From: Acidobacteriota bacterium
GTDB taxonomy: Bacteria; Acidobacteriota; CAIWXX01
DNA: 64,000 bases
Assembly: GCA_040755995.1 (NCBI GenBank)
Contig: JBFMAF010000018.1
Span: 64,001-128,000 of the forward strand
Direction: 5' to 3'
The notes beneath the pieces were generated by a model. It saw nothing but the letters and a program-made list of their open reading frames with translations. It ran no database searches and had not been told where the DNA came from. The position numbers were made by a program, and so were the translations under genes. The number at the start of each line of letters is the position of its first letter. Position 1 is the stretch's first letter. Positions 38,005 through 48,194 of this stretch are shown one piece after another.

Positions 38005-38307
38005 GTGCCGACGACCACGAAGGTCGAGATCTTCGGGCAGGTCTATTCGCTGCGCGGGGAGGGGGAGGAGCGCGAGCTGGAGGTCTTGGCGAACTACGTG
38101 GACGTGAAGATGCGCGAGATCGCTCAGGGCTCGCTCACCGCGGACACGCTCAAGATCGCCATCCTTGCGGCCGTGCACATCGCCCACGAGCTCTTCGAGA
38201 GCCGGCGCGAGCTGGAGGGACTCCGCCAGGAGGTCGACACGCGGGCGAGGAATATAGACACGGCCCTGGCCCGCGTGCTCGGACTCGACGAGATCGGGCC
38301 GAAGTAG
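38005..38307 (+). CDS. zapA: Cell division protein ZapA
   Basis: VEIFGQVY.L...LA.YVD.KM.EI...KIAILAA..IA.EL. Confidence 0.92.
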   Translation: MPTTTKVEIFGQVYSLRGEGEERELEVLANYVDVKMREIAQGSLTADTLKIAILAAVHIAHELFESRRELEGLRQEVDTRARNIDTALARVLGLDEIGPK

Positions 38308-38448
38308 CTGCGGCCGTTCTCGGGCCTCGCTCGGGCCGCGTCCGGCCTTCTGCCGGCCCTACGCCTGGGGAAGACGGGGAAGAGGAAGACGGATGTTCTT
38401 GACAAATCAGGCGATTGGTGGAATGTTTAACGTTGGAGATACGATGAC

Positions 38449-38626
38449 GATCCCTGCTGTGTCCGTGATGGATAGGTATTGTTTGAGCCAACAGTCCTTT
38501 GTATGGGAGCCCGAACTTCCGGGCGGTGCGCACGCTGCGGTGCAAGCCGCAGAAGCCTGATGCCCGGATAGGGTGCCCACCTGGTTGCCAGGTTCAAACG
38601 GACGCTCCACACGGCACAGCGGGGTC
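38449..38626 (+). ncRNA. ssrS: 6S RNA
   Basis: ~180-nt rod: GATCCCTGCTGTG.CCGTG pairs with CACGGCACAGCGGGGTC, TTTGAGCC/GGTTCAAA, central bubble, GGGAGCCC/GGGTGCCC; typical position after zapA; TTGACA at 38399. Confidence 0.82.
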
Positions 38627-38866
38627 CCAAATGACTGGGACGGACGTGGGCAGATACGGATGAAACAAGTGCAGGGGAGCACAGGGAGAATCGGGTCTCG
38701 GGCAGTCAGCGTTGTGCCTCAGGTCAAGCTGACATCATTCATAGGCGGGTCGGCAGGGGAGACGCTCTTGCCGGTGTCGACGGGGTGCGGGACCGTTGGG
38801 GCAGGCGGATGATTGACCGGGCCGGGACGATCAGGGTGCTCGCCGCTGCAGCAGCAGAGGTGCAAG

Positions 38867-40435
38867 TTGACCTGGCAAGTACTGATTTGCATAGGGGCCA
38901 GCATGGCGGTGTGCGCGGCGGCCTTCGTCGTGTGGTTCATGAGCCGCAAGAAGATCGAGGCGCAGACGATCGGGCGCGCCGAGGAGCTCGCGAAGAAGGC
39001 GGTTGCGGAGGCGGAGAAGGAGGCCGAGAGGATCCGGAAGGATTCTCAGGTTGAGGCCAAAGAGAAGTTCTACGCGCTGAAGGCGGATTTCGACCGCCAG
39101 GCGAAGGAACGCCGCAACGAGCTGAACAGTCTGGAGCGGCGTCTGTCGCAGAAGGAGGAGTACCTCGAGCGCAAGCTGAGGGAGGTGGAGGAGCGCGAGA
39201 AGGAGGCCGTCTCGCGTGAGAAGCAGCTCGGGGCGCGGGAGAAGGAGATCGAGGCCACCGACAAGAAGCTGAAGTCGATGGTGGCCGAACAGCAGCGGCA
39301 GCTCGAGACGATCGCAGGGCTCACGAGCGAGGACGCTAAGAAGATGCTCGTGAGGAGCCTGGAGTCCGAGGCGCGCCATGAAGCGGCGCTGCTGGTGAAG
39401 CGTATCGAGGACGAGGCGAGGCAGAAGGCCGAGCAGAGCGCGCGGATGATCATCAGCATGGCGATCCAGCGGGCGGCGGTGGACCACACGGTGGAGACGA
39501 CCGTCTCGGTCGTGGACCTGCCGCGCGAGGACCTCAAGGGCAGGATCATCGGCCGCGAGGGGCGCAACATCCGCGCGCTGGAACAGGCCACGGGCGTCGA
39601 CCTGATCGTGGATGACACTCCGGAGGCCATCATCCTCTCGGGCTTCGATCCGATTCGCCGGGAGATCGCGCGGATGGCGATCGAGAAGCTCATCGTGGAT
39701 GGGCGCATCCACCCGTCGCGGATCGAGGAGGTGGTCGAGAAGGTCAGGAAGGAGCTGGATGACAAGATAAAGCAGGAGGGCGAGAACGTAGCCATAGAGC
39801 TTGGGCAGGGCGATATCCACCCGGAGCTCCTCTCCATGCTCGGCAAGCTGAAATTCCGCACCAGCTACGGCCAGAACGTCCTGCAGCACTCGAAAGAGGT
39901 GGCTTATCTGTCGGGGATCATGGCGAGGGAGCTCGGATTGAACCCGCGCACCGCCATCCGCGCCGGCCTGCTCCACGACATCGGAAAGGCAGTCGACAGG
40001 GACATCGAAGGGACGCATACGGAGCTCTCGGTCGAGCTCTGCCGCAAGTACGGGGAATCCAAGGACGTCGTCGATGCGATCGAATCGCATCACTTCGATG
40101 CGGATTTCGTCAGCATCGAGTCGATTCTGGTCCAGTCTGCCGATGCGATTTCGGCGGCGAGGCCCGGGGCCCGGCGCGAGATGCTCGAGAGCTACATCAA
40201 GAGACTGGAGAAGCTCGAGAAGATCGCCGATTCGTTCGACGGAGTGTCCAAGGCGTTCGCCCTGCAGGCGGGGCGCGAGATCAGGATTCTGGTGGAGAGC
40301 GCCAAGGTCTCGGACGAACAGTCGATCTGGCTGAGTAAGGAGATCGCCAAGAAGATTCAGAGCGAGCTCGAGTACCCCGGACAGATCAAGGTCACGGTCA
40401 TCCGCGAGACCAGGGCCGTCGAATACGCCAAGTAG
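38867..40435 (+). CDS. rny: Ribonuclease Y
   Basis: N-terminal TM, coiled coil, KH motif [15 protein letters not shown] domain LLHDIGK; TTG start after GAGGTG. Confidence 0.97.
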   Translation: MTWQVLICIGASMAVCAAAFVVWFMSRKKIEAQTIGRAEELAKKAVAEAEKEAERIRKDSQVEAKEKFYALKADFDRQAKERRNELNSLERRLSQKEEYLERKLREVEEREKEAVSREKQLGAREKEIEATDKKLKSMVAEQQRQLETIAGLTSEDAKKMLVRSLESEARHEAALLVKRIEDEARQKAEQSARMIISMAIQRAAVDHTVETTVSVVDLPREDLKGRIIGREGRNIRALEQATGVDLIVDDTPEAIILSGFDPIRREIARMAIEKLIVDGRIHPSRIEEVVEKVRKELDDKIKQEGENVAIELGQGDIHPELLSMLGKLKFRTSYGQNVLQHSKEVAYLSGIMARELGLNPRTAIRAGLLHDIGKAVDRDIEGTHTELSVELCRKYGESKDVVDAIESHHFDADFVSIESILVQSADAISAARPGARREMLESYIKRLEKLEKIADSFDGVSKAFALQAGREIRILVESAKVSDEQSIWLSKEIAKKIQSELEYPGQIKVTVIRETRAVEYAK

Positions 40436-40504
40436 AAGTGAGGCCTGATGCTGGAGGCGGTCGGGCGCGTGAGAACGCCTCGGGCTAACAGCAAGTAACA
40501 CCTA

Positions 40505-41296
40505 ATGAGGATCCTCTTCCTAGGCGACGTGAACGGCAAGGTAGGGCGTCGCGTTCTACGGAACAATCTCAACAGGATCATCCTCGACGAGCGAATCGAT
40601 TTCGCGATCGCGAACGTCGAGAACGCGGCTGCCGGATTCGGGATCACGCCGCCGCTCGTGGAGGAGATTCTCGCGATGGGTATCGACGTCCTCACGACCG
40701 GCAATCATATCTGGGACAAGAAGGAGATCATCCCCTACCTTGACCAGCAGAAGCGGCTGCTTCGCCCCGTAAACTACCCTCCGGGCGTGCACGGCTACGG
40801 GTGGTTCATAGGCGAGACGCCGGCGGGCCATCCGGTGGCGGTGGTCAACCTCATGGGCCGGGTCTTCATGCCGCCGGTAGACTGCCCCTTTCGTGCCATG
40901 GACAGCCTGCTGCCCGACTTGAGGAAGCACACGAATACGATCATCGTGGACATGCACGCCGAGGCCACATCGGAGAAACAGGCGATCGGAGTCTACCTGG
41001 ACGGCAAGGTCACTGCGGTCATAGGCACCCACACGCACGTGCAGACAGCCGACGAACGCGTCCTGCCTGCAGGCACAGGGTACATTACCGACAGCGGGTT
41101 TGCCGGTTCGTTGGATTCTGTTATCGGCATCATCAAGGAGCAGGCACTGCTGCGATTCCTGACCGCGATGCCGCACAGGTTCGAGTCTGCACCCGGTCGA
41201 GGCACGCTGCAGGGAGTCGTGATGGAGACGGAGGAGGGCTCGGGCAAGTGCCTTGCTATCCGGCGTCTCCGGATCGACGAGCCGCAAGACCCGTAA
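40505..41296 (+). CDS. ymdB: YmdB/TIGR00282 family metallophosphoesterase
   Basis: GDV.G, NVEN, TGNHIWD, HAEATSEK, GTHTHV. Confidence 0.93.
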   Translation: MRILFLGDVNGKVGRRVLRNNLNRIILDERIDFAIANVENAAAGFGITPPLVEEILAMGIDVLTTGNHIWDKKEIIPYLDQQKRLLRPVNYPPGVHGYGWFIGETPAGHPVAVVNLMGRVFMPPVDCPFRAMDSLLPDLRKHTNTIIVDMHAEATSEKQAIGVYLDGKVTAVIGTHTHVQTADERVLPAGTGYITDSGFAGSLDSVIGIIKEQALLRFLTAMPHRFESAPGRGTLQGVVMETEEGSGKCLAIRRLRIDEPQDP

Positions 41297-41318
41297 CACA
41301 AACTGGAGGCTGACTGAA

Positions 41319-41729
41319 ATGAGAAACTTCATGCGCATCCTCGTATGCGTTCTCTCCATAACTGCACTCGCTCCCGCTCTCGCCCTCGCACAGATGCCCG
41401 TCGTCCAGACGGCAAACGGCATTCAGTACTTGAACGGCGGGATGGGCACCGAGGAGCGCGAGGCGATACGCTGCGACTTTCCGCTGAAGCTCGAGTTCGC
41501 GAATACCGGCGGAGGCTACATCAGCATGGTCACCGTCCGGATCTTCGACAGCACGGGAAATAAGATCTTCGACATAGTGGCCAACAACGGGCCATGGCTT
41601 TTCGTGAAACTCCCCGCCGGGAGGTACGGTGTGGAGGCGGTCTTCAGAGGCATAGAGAAGAAACTCGACGTCGACATCCGCGGCCGTGAGGACCGCAAGG
41701 TCTTCACGATCGAGTGGCCGGCGCGCTGA
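41319..41729 (+). CDS. Exported small beta-sandwich protein (carboxypeptidase-regulatory-like)
   Basis: Signal peptide; Y..GG.G.EER...L.L.F...G.Y...GPW..V.LP.GRY. Confidence 0.75.
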   Translation: MRNFMRILVCVLSITALAPALALAQMPVVQTANGIQYLNGGMGTEEREAIRCDFPLKLEFANTGGGYISMVTVRIFDSTGNKIFDIVANNGPWLFVKLPAGRYGVEAVFRGIEKKLDVDIRGREDRKVFTIEWPAR

Positions 41730-41806
41730 GCGATCCGCCTCAGCCTAGAGGCCACCGGTCAGGAATCGATCACCGGCGCCTTCTCATCCCCCTCCCGACC
41801 CGCTTC

Positions 41807-41844
41807 TTGCATGTGGGTAAAAATGCTGCTAATTTACCCACATG
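41807..41844 (+). promoter_or_regulatory. Leaderless-type promoter with overlapping 12-bp inverted-repeat operator
   Basis: TTGCAT-17-TAATTT-6 nt-ATG; CATGTGGGTAAA (41810-41821) / TTTACCCACATG (41833-41844). Confidence 0.7.
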
Positions 41845-42999
41845 TACGAAAGAGCCTTGGCGCAGACGATCTCGGGCGGGCGCAAGAGCATCCTGTTGCT
41901 CGGCCCGCGCCAGGTCGGCAAATCCGTACTGCTCTCATCCCTCAGGCCTGACCTGACCATAAACCTGGCGAGCCCGGAGAGCTTCCGGGAGTACGCAGCC
42001 CATCCGGAGCGGCTGGAGCGGGAGTTGCGCGCGGCGAGGACCGGGGTACGAACGGTGTTCCTCGACGAGGTCCAGCGAGTGCCGGCGCTGCTTGACGCGG
42101 TGCAGGTGATTTGCGACGAGATGCCCGGACGGTTCCGCTTCCTGCTGTCGGGATCGAGCGCCCGCAAACTTCGTCGTGGACAGGCCAACCTCCTGCCGGG
42201 CCGCGTGAACGTTCACTATTTACATCCACTTCTTGCGTGCGAGCTGGGCGAGGATTTCGATCTGGACCGAGTTCTCTCCCACGGCAGCCTGCCCGGAATC
42301 TATAGCGAAGCGAATCCGTCACAGCGGGCGGCTGATCTTCGTTCGTATGCCGATACGTACCTGCGTGAGGAGATACAGGCTGAGGCGTTGGTCCGTCAGA
42401 TCGGCACCTATGCGCGTCTCCTCGAGTTGATGGCTGCTTCGTCTGGGCGAGTGCTGAACCTGAATGCGCTCTGCGGCGACGCGGGAGTGCGGTACGAGAC
42501 GGCCAGGCGCTATGTCGAGATACTGGAGGATACGCTCGTGGCGTTCCGAGCGCCAGCGTGGAGCGGCTCGGCCCTCGCCGGGCTGGTCGCTCACCCCAAG
42601 ATATTCCTGTTCGACCTCGGAGTGCGGAATGCCATCTTGCGGAGGCCGCTCGACCGGCCGCTCGAGGATGAGCGCGGCCTGCTGCTGGAGCACCTGGTCG
42701 CATACGAGATATACCGGCGCGCAGGCTCGCTTTGGCCCGACATTCGTCTCTGCCACTACCGGAGCCGCGCGGGGGCGGAGGTGGACTTCGTGGTCGAAAT
42801 CGGGCGCGACCTGTGGGCGGTCGAAGTCAAGGCGTCCTCTGATACGAGCCGGGTTCAAACTCACGGATTCGAGTCACTCGCGAATCATGCGAAGAACCTT
42901 CGGCGCAAGATCGTGGTATTTCTCGGGTGCAGACGGCAGATCATGGATGACGTGGAAATCCTGCCGATGGAGACATTCCTCGAAGAGCTCCCCTGTTGA
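41842..42999 (+). CDS. AAA_14 ATPase with DUF4143 PD-(D/E)xK-like domain
   Basis: GPRQVGKS, FLDEVQR, SGSS, HPK.FLFD.G, EVDFV...VEVK. Confidence 0.92.
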   Translation: MYERALAQTISGGRKSILLLGPRQVGKSVLLSSLRPDLTINLASPESFREYAAHPERLERELRAARTGVRTVFLDEVQRVPALLDAVQVICDEMPGRFRFLLSGSSARKLRRGQANLLPGRVNVHYLHPLLACELGEDFDLDRVLSHGSLPGIYSEANPSQRAADLRSYADTYLREEIQAEALVRQIGTYARLLELMAASSGRVLNLNALCGDAGVRYETARRYVEILEDTLVAFRAPAWSGSALAGLVAHPKIFLFDLGVRNAILRRPLDRPLEDERGLLLEHLVAYEIYRRAGSLWPDIRLCHYRSRAGAEVDFVVEIGRDLWAVEVKASSDTSRVQTHGFESLANHAKNLRRKIVVFLGCRRQIMDDVEILPMETFLEELPC

Positions 43000-43135
43000 C
43001 GGCCATCATCTTCCCCTCGGCATCCGTCCAGTTCGTGGGACCTGACAGCGCGGCAGCGGCAGCAGCGTCCCGACTTTCGATCGCGCGCCGCACCCGGGGC
43101 ACGGGAAGGCGGGCCGTGTTACGGACGGTGGCCGC

Positions 43136-44191
43136 TCACCGCGTACGGAACCCCTCCATAACCGACTTGACCTGCGGCTGATCCGGCTCGATTTCCAGCG
43201 ACCTGCAAAAGAGCTCCTGTGCGCGTTCCTTCTCGCCCAACTCGAGATACGCATTGGCGCAGTGGTTGATCGCAACGATGCTGCCGGGGTACTGGCGGAG
43301 CACAAGGTCGATCGTGCCTCTGCAGTCGTCCACGCGATCCAGCCGCAACTGCGCCACTGAGCTCACCAACAGCGCGTCGAGGTTCCATCTGTCGTACCAG
43401 AGGACGCTGTCGACTGCCTCCAGGGCTTCGCGGTTCTGACCGAGCTCCAGGCGGGTCCTCCCCAGCTTCACCAGGACGTCCTGGTCCAGCGGGTTGTCCT
43501 GAAGCGCGCGATCGAGCTCGTTCGCCGCCTGCTCGAGTTTCCCGGCGTCGAGGTACTGTTGGCCCAGGATCGAGTGCCGCTCGGCATCACTCAGCTCCGC
43601 GGCCTCGAACCAGAAGGCATCATGACCTGCTGCAGGCGCTGGAAACGTCGATCGTCTACCAGCCTCTCGTTCATCCACGGTCTCGTCCCTCTCGACCCGG
43701 CCGCCCTTTCCTGAAACAACGTCGACGGCGATGACATCGGCCTTGTACCTCCCGGCGAGTACCGGGGTCTCGTAGATGTACCTGAGCGGGAATGCCTTCG
43801 ATCTGTCCAGCTGCTCCCGCGTCAGTTCCATCGGCAGGCTCGCGCTGTTCTCGGTGATGACCCGGTCTGCCTCATCCGACAGACGGATGATCACGTCGAC
43901 CCGCGCCGCGTATTGCCTGCCGATCTGCTCGAACGTGATGCCCTGCGGCTGCAATTCGATCAACATCCTGAGCTCGAACTGGCCGTCGCCGGCGGGGACC
44001 GTGGTGAAGAACGTATCGAGAGGCAGCGTTTCCTCCCCTTTGAGCGCCACCTCCGTCTTCACCGAGGTCTTGACCGAGGTCCGCACCACCTCGGCGCCAC
44101 GCATCAGCAGCTTCTGGATGATAGCTCCTTCGCAGCCGCCGCTGCGATGAACCTGCCAGGATCGAGAACTCTTCCCCGCCGCGCCGGCCAT
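43136..44191 (-). CDS. TPR protein, probably a 5'-truncated remnant of a GWxTD/VWFA-type envelope protein
   Basis: Beta-rich domain ending GRY....A.D..SGK.G followed by TPRs; no signal peptide or convincing start. Confidence 0.5.
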   Translation of the reverse strand: MAGAAGKSSRSWQVHRSGGCEGAIIQKLLMRGAEVVRTSVKTSVKTEVALKGEETLPLDTFFTTVPAGDGQFELRMLIELQPQGITFEQIGRQYAARVDVIIRLSDEADRVITENSASLPMELTREQLDRSKAFPLRYIYETPVLAGRYKADVIAVDVVSGKGGRVERDETVDEREAGRRSTFPAPAAGHDAFWFEAAELSDAERHSILGQQYLDAGKLEQAANELDRALQDNPLDQDVLVKLGRTRLELGQNREALEAVDSVLWYDRWNLDALLVSSVAQLRLDRVDDCRGTIDLVLRQYPGSIVAINHCANAYLELGEKERAQELFCRSLEIEPDQPQVKSVMEGFRTR

Positions 44192-44225
44192 GGCCCGGCT
44201 ACTCAGGCTCTGCGTCTACACCCGC

Positions 44226-45461
44226 TCATTTGGGCTTCAGCGCCTTGATCAGCGCCTTCGGATCGATCACACGGTTCAAGTAGTATTTCTTCCAGTTGTA
44301 CATGAAACCGACCCTTCTCGCCGTCGATCCCGCTGTGGACCAGAAGCGGGCCGCGTCGATCTTCGGCTGAACCTGGGCCGCCAGTGCGTAGGTAGCCCCA
44401 ATGTAGGGAATTGTCCAGCTCAAGCCTCCCGTGCGGTAGAACACGTACTCGTCGACTCCCGTGGGGCTGGCCGTGGCTCGCGAATCCGTCGGTGCTGTCA
44501 GGTAGTTGCCGAAATGCCCAGGACGGTCCAGGTAGGCGTCGAACCACCAGATTGCCGGACGATAGCTCGCGAAGAACTGAGGGTCATCGAGCGGGTAGCG
44601 GCCAAGCCCCAGGAACCGCCAGTCAGGGTGTGTGTCCTCGGTCGATGAATCGATGACCATGAGCCCTGCAGCCTCGGCGTCTCGAACGGCCGCACTGATC
44701 TGGTCATAGCCTGTCTGGCCGGGGTTCCAGCCAACCTGCATGCAGATGACTCGTATCTTGCGATCGGTGGGAAGCTGCTTGTTGATCGCGAGTATCCGCC
44801 GCACGCCCTGCGCGTAGTAAGTGAAATTCCAATCAAACCCGCCGCCCGAGAGCCAGTCACCCGTCCATGCACCGATATAGTAAAGGTCGGCTTCCGGCGC
44901 GACGCCCAACGTTTTGCCCACCGCGATCGACGCAACGGCGGCTCCATGCATCTGAGCCGGTGTCGTGGCCTTGATATTGATCTCCTCATACAACCGAAGC
45001 TGACTTGCATACTCCTCGTGGTCCACGAGCAGCGGCTGGTCGATGATCGCTATGCCCACGTTCTTGCCGGCGATCCCCTTCGCGTGAAGGTCCCGCACCT
45101 TCAGACCCGGGTTCTTGCCAAGATCCATGAGGCGATCGTAGTTGAAACCGGCCGGCATCCAGTCGGCTGACGGCCACACTGTCACATCATCGAAGTCAGC
45201 CAGCATCAGCTCGTTGTACTTGTCGCGAAGATCCAGACGCGACAGGTCATAGCCGCGAAGGTCGTAGCTCCCCCAGTCCGGATGGAGCGCCGGCCACGAG
45301 TCGAGCACCCCGCGTCCGTAATCAGCCGGCGCCGGGTGCCGGTCGATCTTCGGGAACTTGATCGTCTCTCCGGCCGTCCCCAATGCTGCGACGAAGACCA
45401 GGGCGACCATTGCACACAGGCGCATGCCGAGCGCCGAGCGCGATCGCACGACGATACACAT
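44226..45461 (-). CDS. Secreted S8 (subtilase) family serine peptidase
   Basis: Catalytic triad motifs GIAIID, HGAAVAS, GLSW..P; GGAGGT RBS; signal peptide. Confidence 0.88.
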   Translation of the reverse strand: MCIVVRSRSALGMRLCAMVALVFVAALGTAGETIKFPKIDRHPAPADYGRGVLDSWPALHPDWGSYDLRGYDLSRLDLRDKYNELMLADFDDVTVWPSADWMPAGFNYDRLMDLGKNPGLKVRDLHAKGIAGKNVGIAIIDQPLLVDHEEYASQLRLYEEINIKATTPAQMHGAAVASIAVGKTLGVAPEADLYYIGAWTGDWLSGGGFDWNFTYYAQGVRRILAINKQLPTDRKIRVICMQVGWNPGQTGYDQISAAVRDAEAAGLMVIDSSTEDTHPDWRFLGLGRYPLDDPQFFASYRPAIWWFDAYLDRPGHFGNYLTAPTDSRATASPTGVDEYVFYRTGGLSWTIPYIGATYALAAQVQPKIDAARFWSTAGSTARRVGFMYNWKKYYLNRVIDPKALIKALKPK

Positions 45462-45778
45462 GATTACCTCCCCTCTCCTGAGAACCAACCTTTCCGCCCG
45501 CGGTGGCGCGGTTCGCGCCGCGGCGGAGCCAACAATACGCATCCTTTCTAAGACAGACCGCCGCGGGGCGAAAGAGCTGGTGGTCACACCTGTGACGGGG
45601 ATCACCGAGCGCGAGAAGATCGGCCAGGGCTGGACATAACTTGACATCCCGCCGGCCGCTCTCGTAGATTCCGCTGGATGTTTCGAAGCGATTGCGCGGT
45701 GCGCGCCGGGGCTGCGAGCACTCGGATGACTCGCATGCCGGATGCCGCCCGTGCCGCCGGCCTCCCCGGAGTGTGACG

Positions 45779-48190
45779 ATGAGTGAGCCGAAGATCGGCG
45801 TCTGGATCTGTGATTGCGCGGGCATGATCTCGAACCATCTCGACACCAGGCGCATCGAGGAGAGCGCCCACAAGCTGCCTCACGTGTGCCTGGTGAAACG
45901 GACGGCCAAGCTGTGCGGGCGGGAAGATCTCGAGAAACTGGAGCAGGAGATCAAATCGAGTGGCATCGACCGGCTGCTCTTCGCCGGCTGCTCGCCACGC
46001 TCCTCGCTGAAGTTCCCCGAGGAGCAGCTCACGTTGCTGATGCGGCACGCGGGGATGGACAAAGCGTTCTTCGAGGTCGCGAACTTGCGGGAGCAGTGTG
46101 CGTGGCTGCATGACGACGTCGAGGCCGCCACGCTCAAGGGCATCGACCTTGTTCGAATGGCGCACGCGTGTTTGCGTTCGGTCGAGCCGCCGCCTGCGCC
46201 GGCCCGAATTGTGCCGAAGGCGCTGGTGATCGGCGGCGGCGCCGCCGGTCTGCAGGCCGCCAGGTCTCTGGCCACGGCAGGCCAGAAGGTGACGCTGGTC
46301 GAGCGCGGCACGTACCTCGGCGGACGCCTCTGCCAGATCGGCTTCCTGTTCCAGTGCGAGAGCTGGCCCGCGTATTGCCGGAGCGAGTGCGTCGGCCCTG
46401 TCCAGGCGATGGATGCCGTACTGAATCCCGGAATCGAGCTGCTCATGCAGTCCGAAGTTCTCGCAATCGCGAAGATGAACGGCAACTTCCAGGTGCGCAT
46501 CAAGAAGGGGGCTGCGTTCGTCGATCCGGAGAAGTGCATCTCGTGCAAGAAGTGCGCAGAAGTGTGCCCGGAAGAGGTCAAGAGCGATTTCGAGATGGGA
46601 CTCGCGGTGCGCAGGGCGATAGACAAGGACTTCGAGCGTGCCGTCCCCGATGTGTACACAATCATCGACGAAGTGTGCACTCGTTGTGGGAAGTGCCTGC
46701 CGGTTTGCCCGACGGCAGCCGTCAACCTCGATGCGAGGCCACACATCATTGAGGACACGTTCGGCGCTCTGTTCCTCGCAACGGGCTTCGAGCAGTATGA
46801 CCTGGGACGAGAGCGCGAGTTCGCCTCCGAGCAGCCCGACGTGCTCACGGGGCTGGAGTTCGAGCGGGTCATGGACCGCGGCATGCTTCGACCTTCAGAC
46901 GGAGAGTCCCCCGGCCGGATCGTGTTCGTGATGTGCGCCGGATCGCGGGCAACGCTGGAGAGGGTCGGCCAGGGTGTGCCGTATTGCTCGAAAACCTGTT
47001 GCGCCGCCACGGTCAAGCAGGCTGAGCGAGTGCTCGCGCGAAGCCCCGAGACGGAGGTCATCGTGGTCTACCACGACGACATCCGCACGTACGAGCGCGC
47101 GTTCGAGTCTTTCTACACGCACCTCAGGGGTCTCGGCGTCGAGTTCGTCAACGGGGATGTCAAGGGAGTCGAGGCCGCCGAGGGGGGCGGGCTGAAGGTT
47201 CGGATCGGGCTCAAGCAGCCCGAGCCTCCCGTGCTCGGCAATTGCGGCATCGCGGATAAGAGCATTACCCTCGACACCGATCTGCTCGTGCTGGCCGCCG
47301 CTCAGACTCCGCGCAAGACCACCTCTCCGCTGCTCCAGCAGCTGGGCGTGCCGGTCGACCGGTACGGCTACCCGATCGAGAATCAGGTGAGGCTGCTCCG
47401 CCCGACCGAGACGCTTATCGATCGGGTCTTCGCCGTCGGCGCCGCGGTGGGACCCAAAATTGTGCAGCAGTCGGTCGAGCAGGGCAGTGCGGCTGCGATG
47501 AAGGCGCTGCCGGTGCTGATGAGCGGCTCGAAGGAGACCGGCAGGTTCGCGAGCGTCATATCGAGCGCCGGCTGTACCCGCTGCCACACATGCATGACGG
47601 TGTGCCCGCACGGAGCGATCCGGATGACAGAGCAGGGCGCGCTGAGCGATCCGGCGTTCTGCCAGGCATGCGGATTCTGCGCCGCAGCGTGCCCGACCCA
47701 CGCGGCACAGCTCGTGAATTTCACAGACCGCCAGATCCTCGACCAAGCGTGCGTGGCGTTCGACCATCTACCGCCCGGCGAGCCGAAAATCCTGGCGCTC
47801 CTCTGCTACTGGTGCTCTTACAGCGGCGGCGACCTGGCGGGTGTCAAGGGAATGAAGGCCCCGCCAAACTTCCGCAGTATCCGCATCCGTTGCTCGTCCT
47901 CGGTCAACTCCGGACTGGTAATGGAGATGTTTCGCATGGGGATCGACGGCGTGCTGATTGCCGGCTGCCCCGAGAAGAACTGCCACCATGCCTGGGGCAA
48001 CTACCTCTCTGACCGGCGTGTGACGCTGATGCGAAATCTCTTCTCCGAGCTCGGATTCAGCCCGAAGCGCCTGCGCTTCGAGTACATCGGCGTGCCGCAA
48101 TCCCAGAAGTTCGTGAGCACGATCGTGCAGATGGACAAGGACCTCCGGGGACTCGGGCCCAATCCTGTGCCGGCGGCAGGAAGGAGCTGA
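45779..48190 (+). CDS. hdrA: Heterodisulfide reductase subunit A-like flavoprotein fused to a C-terminal MvhD domain
   Basis: C.C..LC..AGCS..ANLREQC; GGGAAG FAD site; 2x[4Fe-4S] insert; CAGSR..YCS..CC; C-terminal ferredoxin; MvhD-like CYWCSY..C..GC...CH...GN. Confidence 0.9.
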   Translation: MSEPKIGVWICDCAGMISNHLDTRRIEESAHKLPHVCLVKRTAKLCGREDLEKLEQEIKSSGIDRLLFAGCSPRSSLKFPEEQLTLLMRHAGMDKAFFEVANLREQCAWLHDDVEAATLKGIDLVRMAHACLRSVEPPPAPARIVPKALVIGGGAAGLQAARSLATAGQKVTLVERGTYLGGRLCQIGFLFQCESWPAYCRSECVGPVQAMDAVLNPGIELLMQSEVLAIAKMNGNFQVRIKKGAAFVDPEKCISCKKCAEVCPEEVKSDFEMGLAVRRAIDKDFERAVPDVYTIIDEVCTRCGKCLPVCPTAAVNLDARPHIIEDTFGALFLATGFEQYDLGREREFASEQPDVLTGLEFERVMDRGMLRPSDGESPGRIVFVMCAGSRATLERVGQGVPYCSKTCCAATVKQAERVLARSPETEVIVVYHDDIRTYERAFESFYTHLRGLGVEFVNGDVKGVEAAEGGGLKVRIGLKQPEPPVLGNCGIADKSITLDTDLLVLAAAQTPRKTTSPLLQQLGVPVDRYGYPIENQVRLLRPTETLIDRVFAVGAAVGPKIVQQSVEQGSAAAMKALPVLMSGSKETGRFASVISSAGCTRCHTCMTVCPHGAIRMTEQGALSDPAFCQACGFCAAACPTHAAQLVNFTDRQILDQACVAFDHLPPGEPKILALLCYWCSYSGGDLAGVKGMKAPPNFRSIRIRCSSSVNSGLVMEMFRMGIDGVLIAGCPEKNCHHAWGNYLSDRRVTLMRNLFSELGFSPKRLRFEYIGVPQSQKFVSTIVQMDKDLRGLGPNPVPAAGRS

Positions 48191-48194
48191 TCAG

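Noticed and set aside
38831..40501. Long antisense ORFs (556 aa here; also 33995-35575, 18444-19691, 62373-63719 and others)
   Set aside because: Shadow frames of well-conserved genes in high-GC DNA; no motifs of their own
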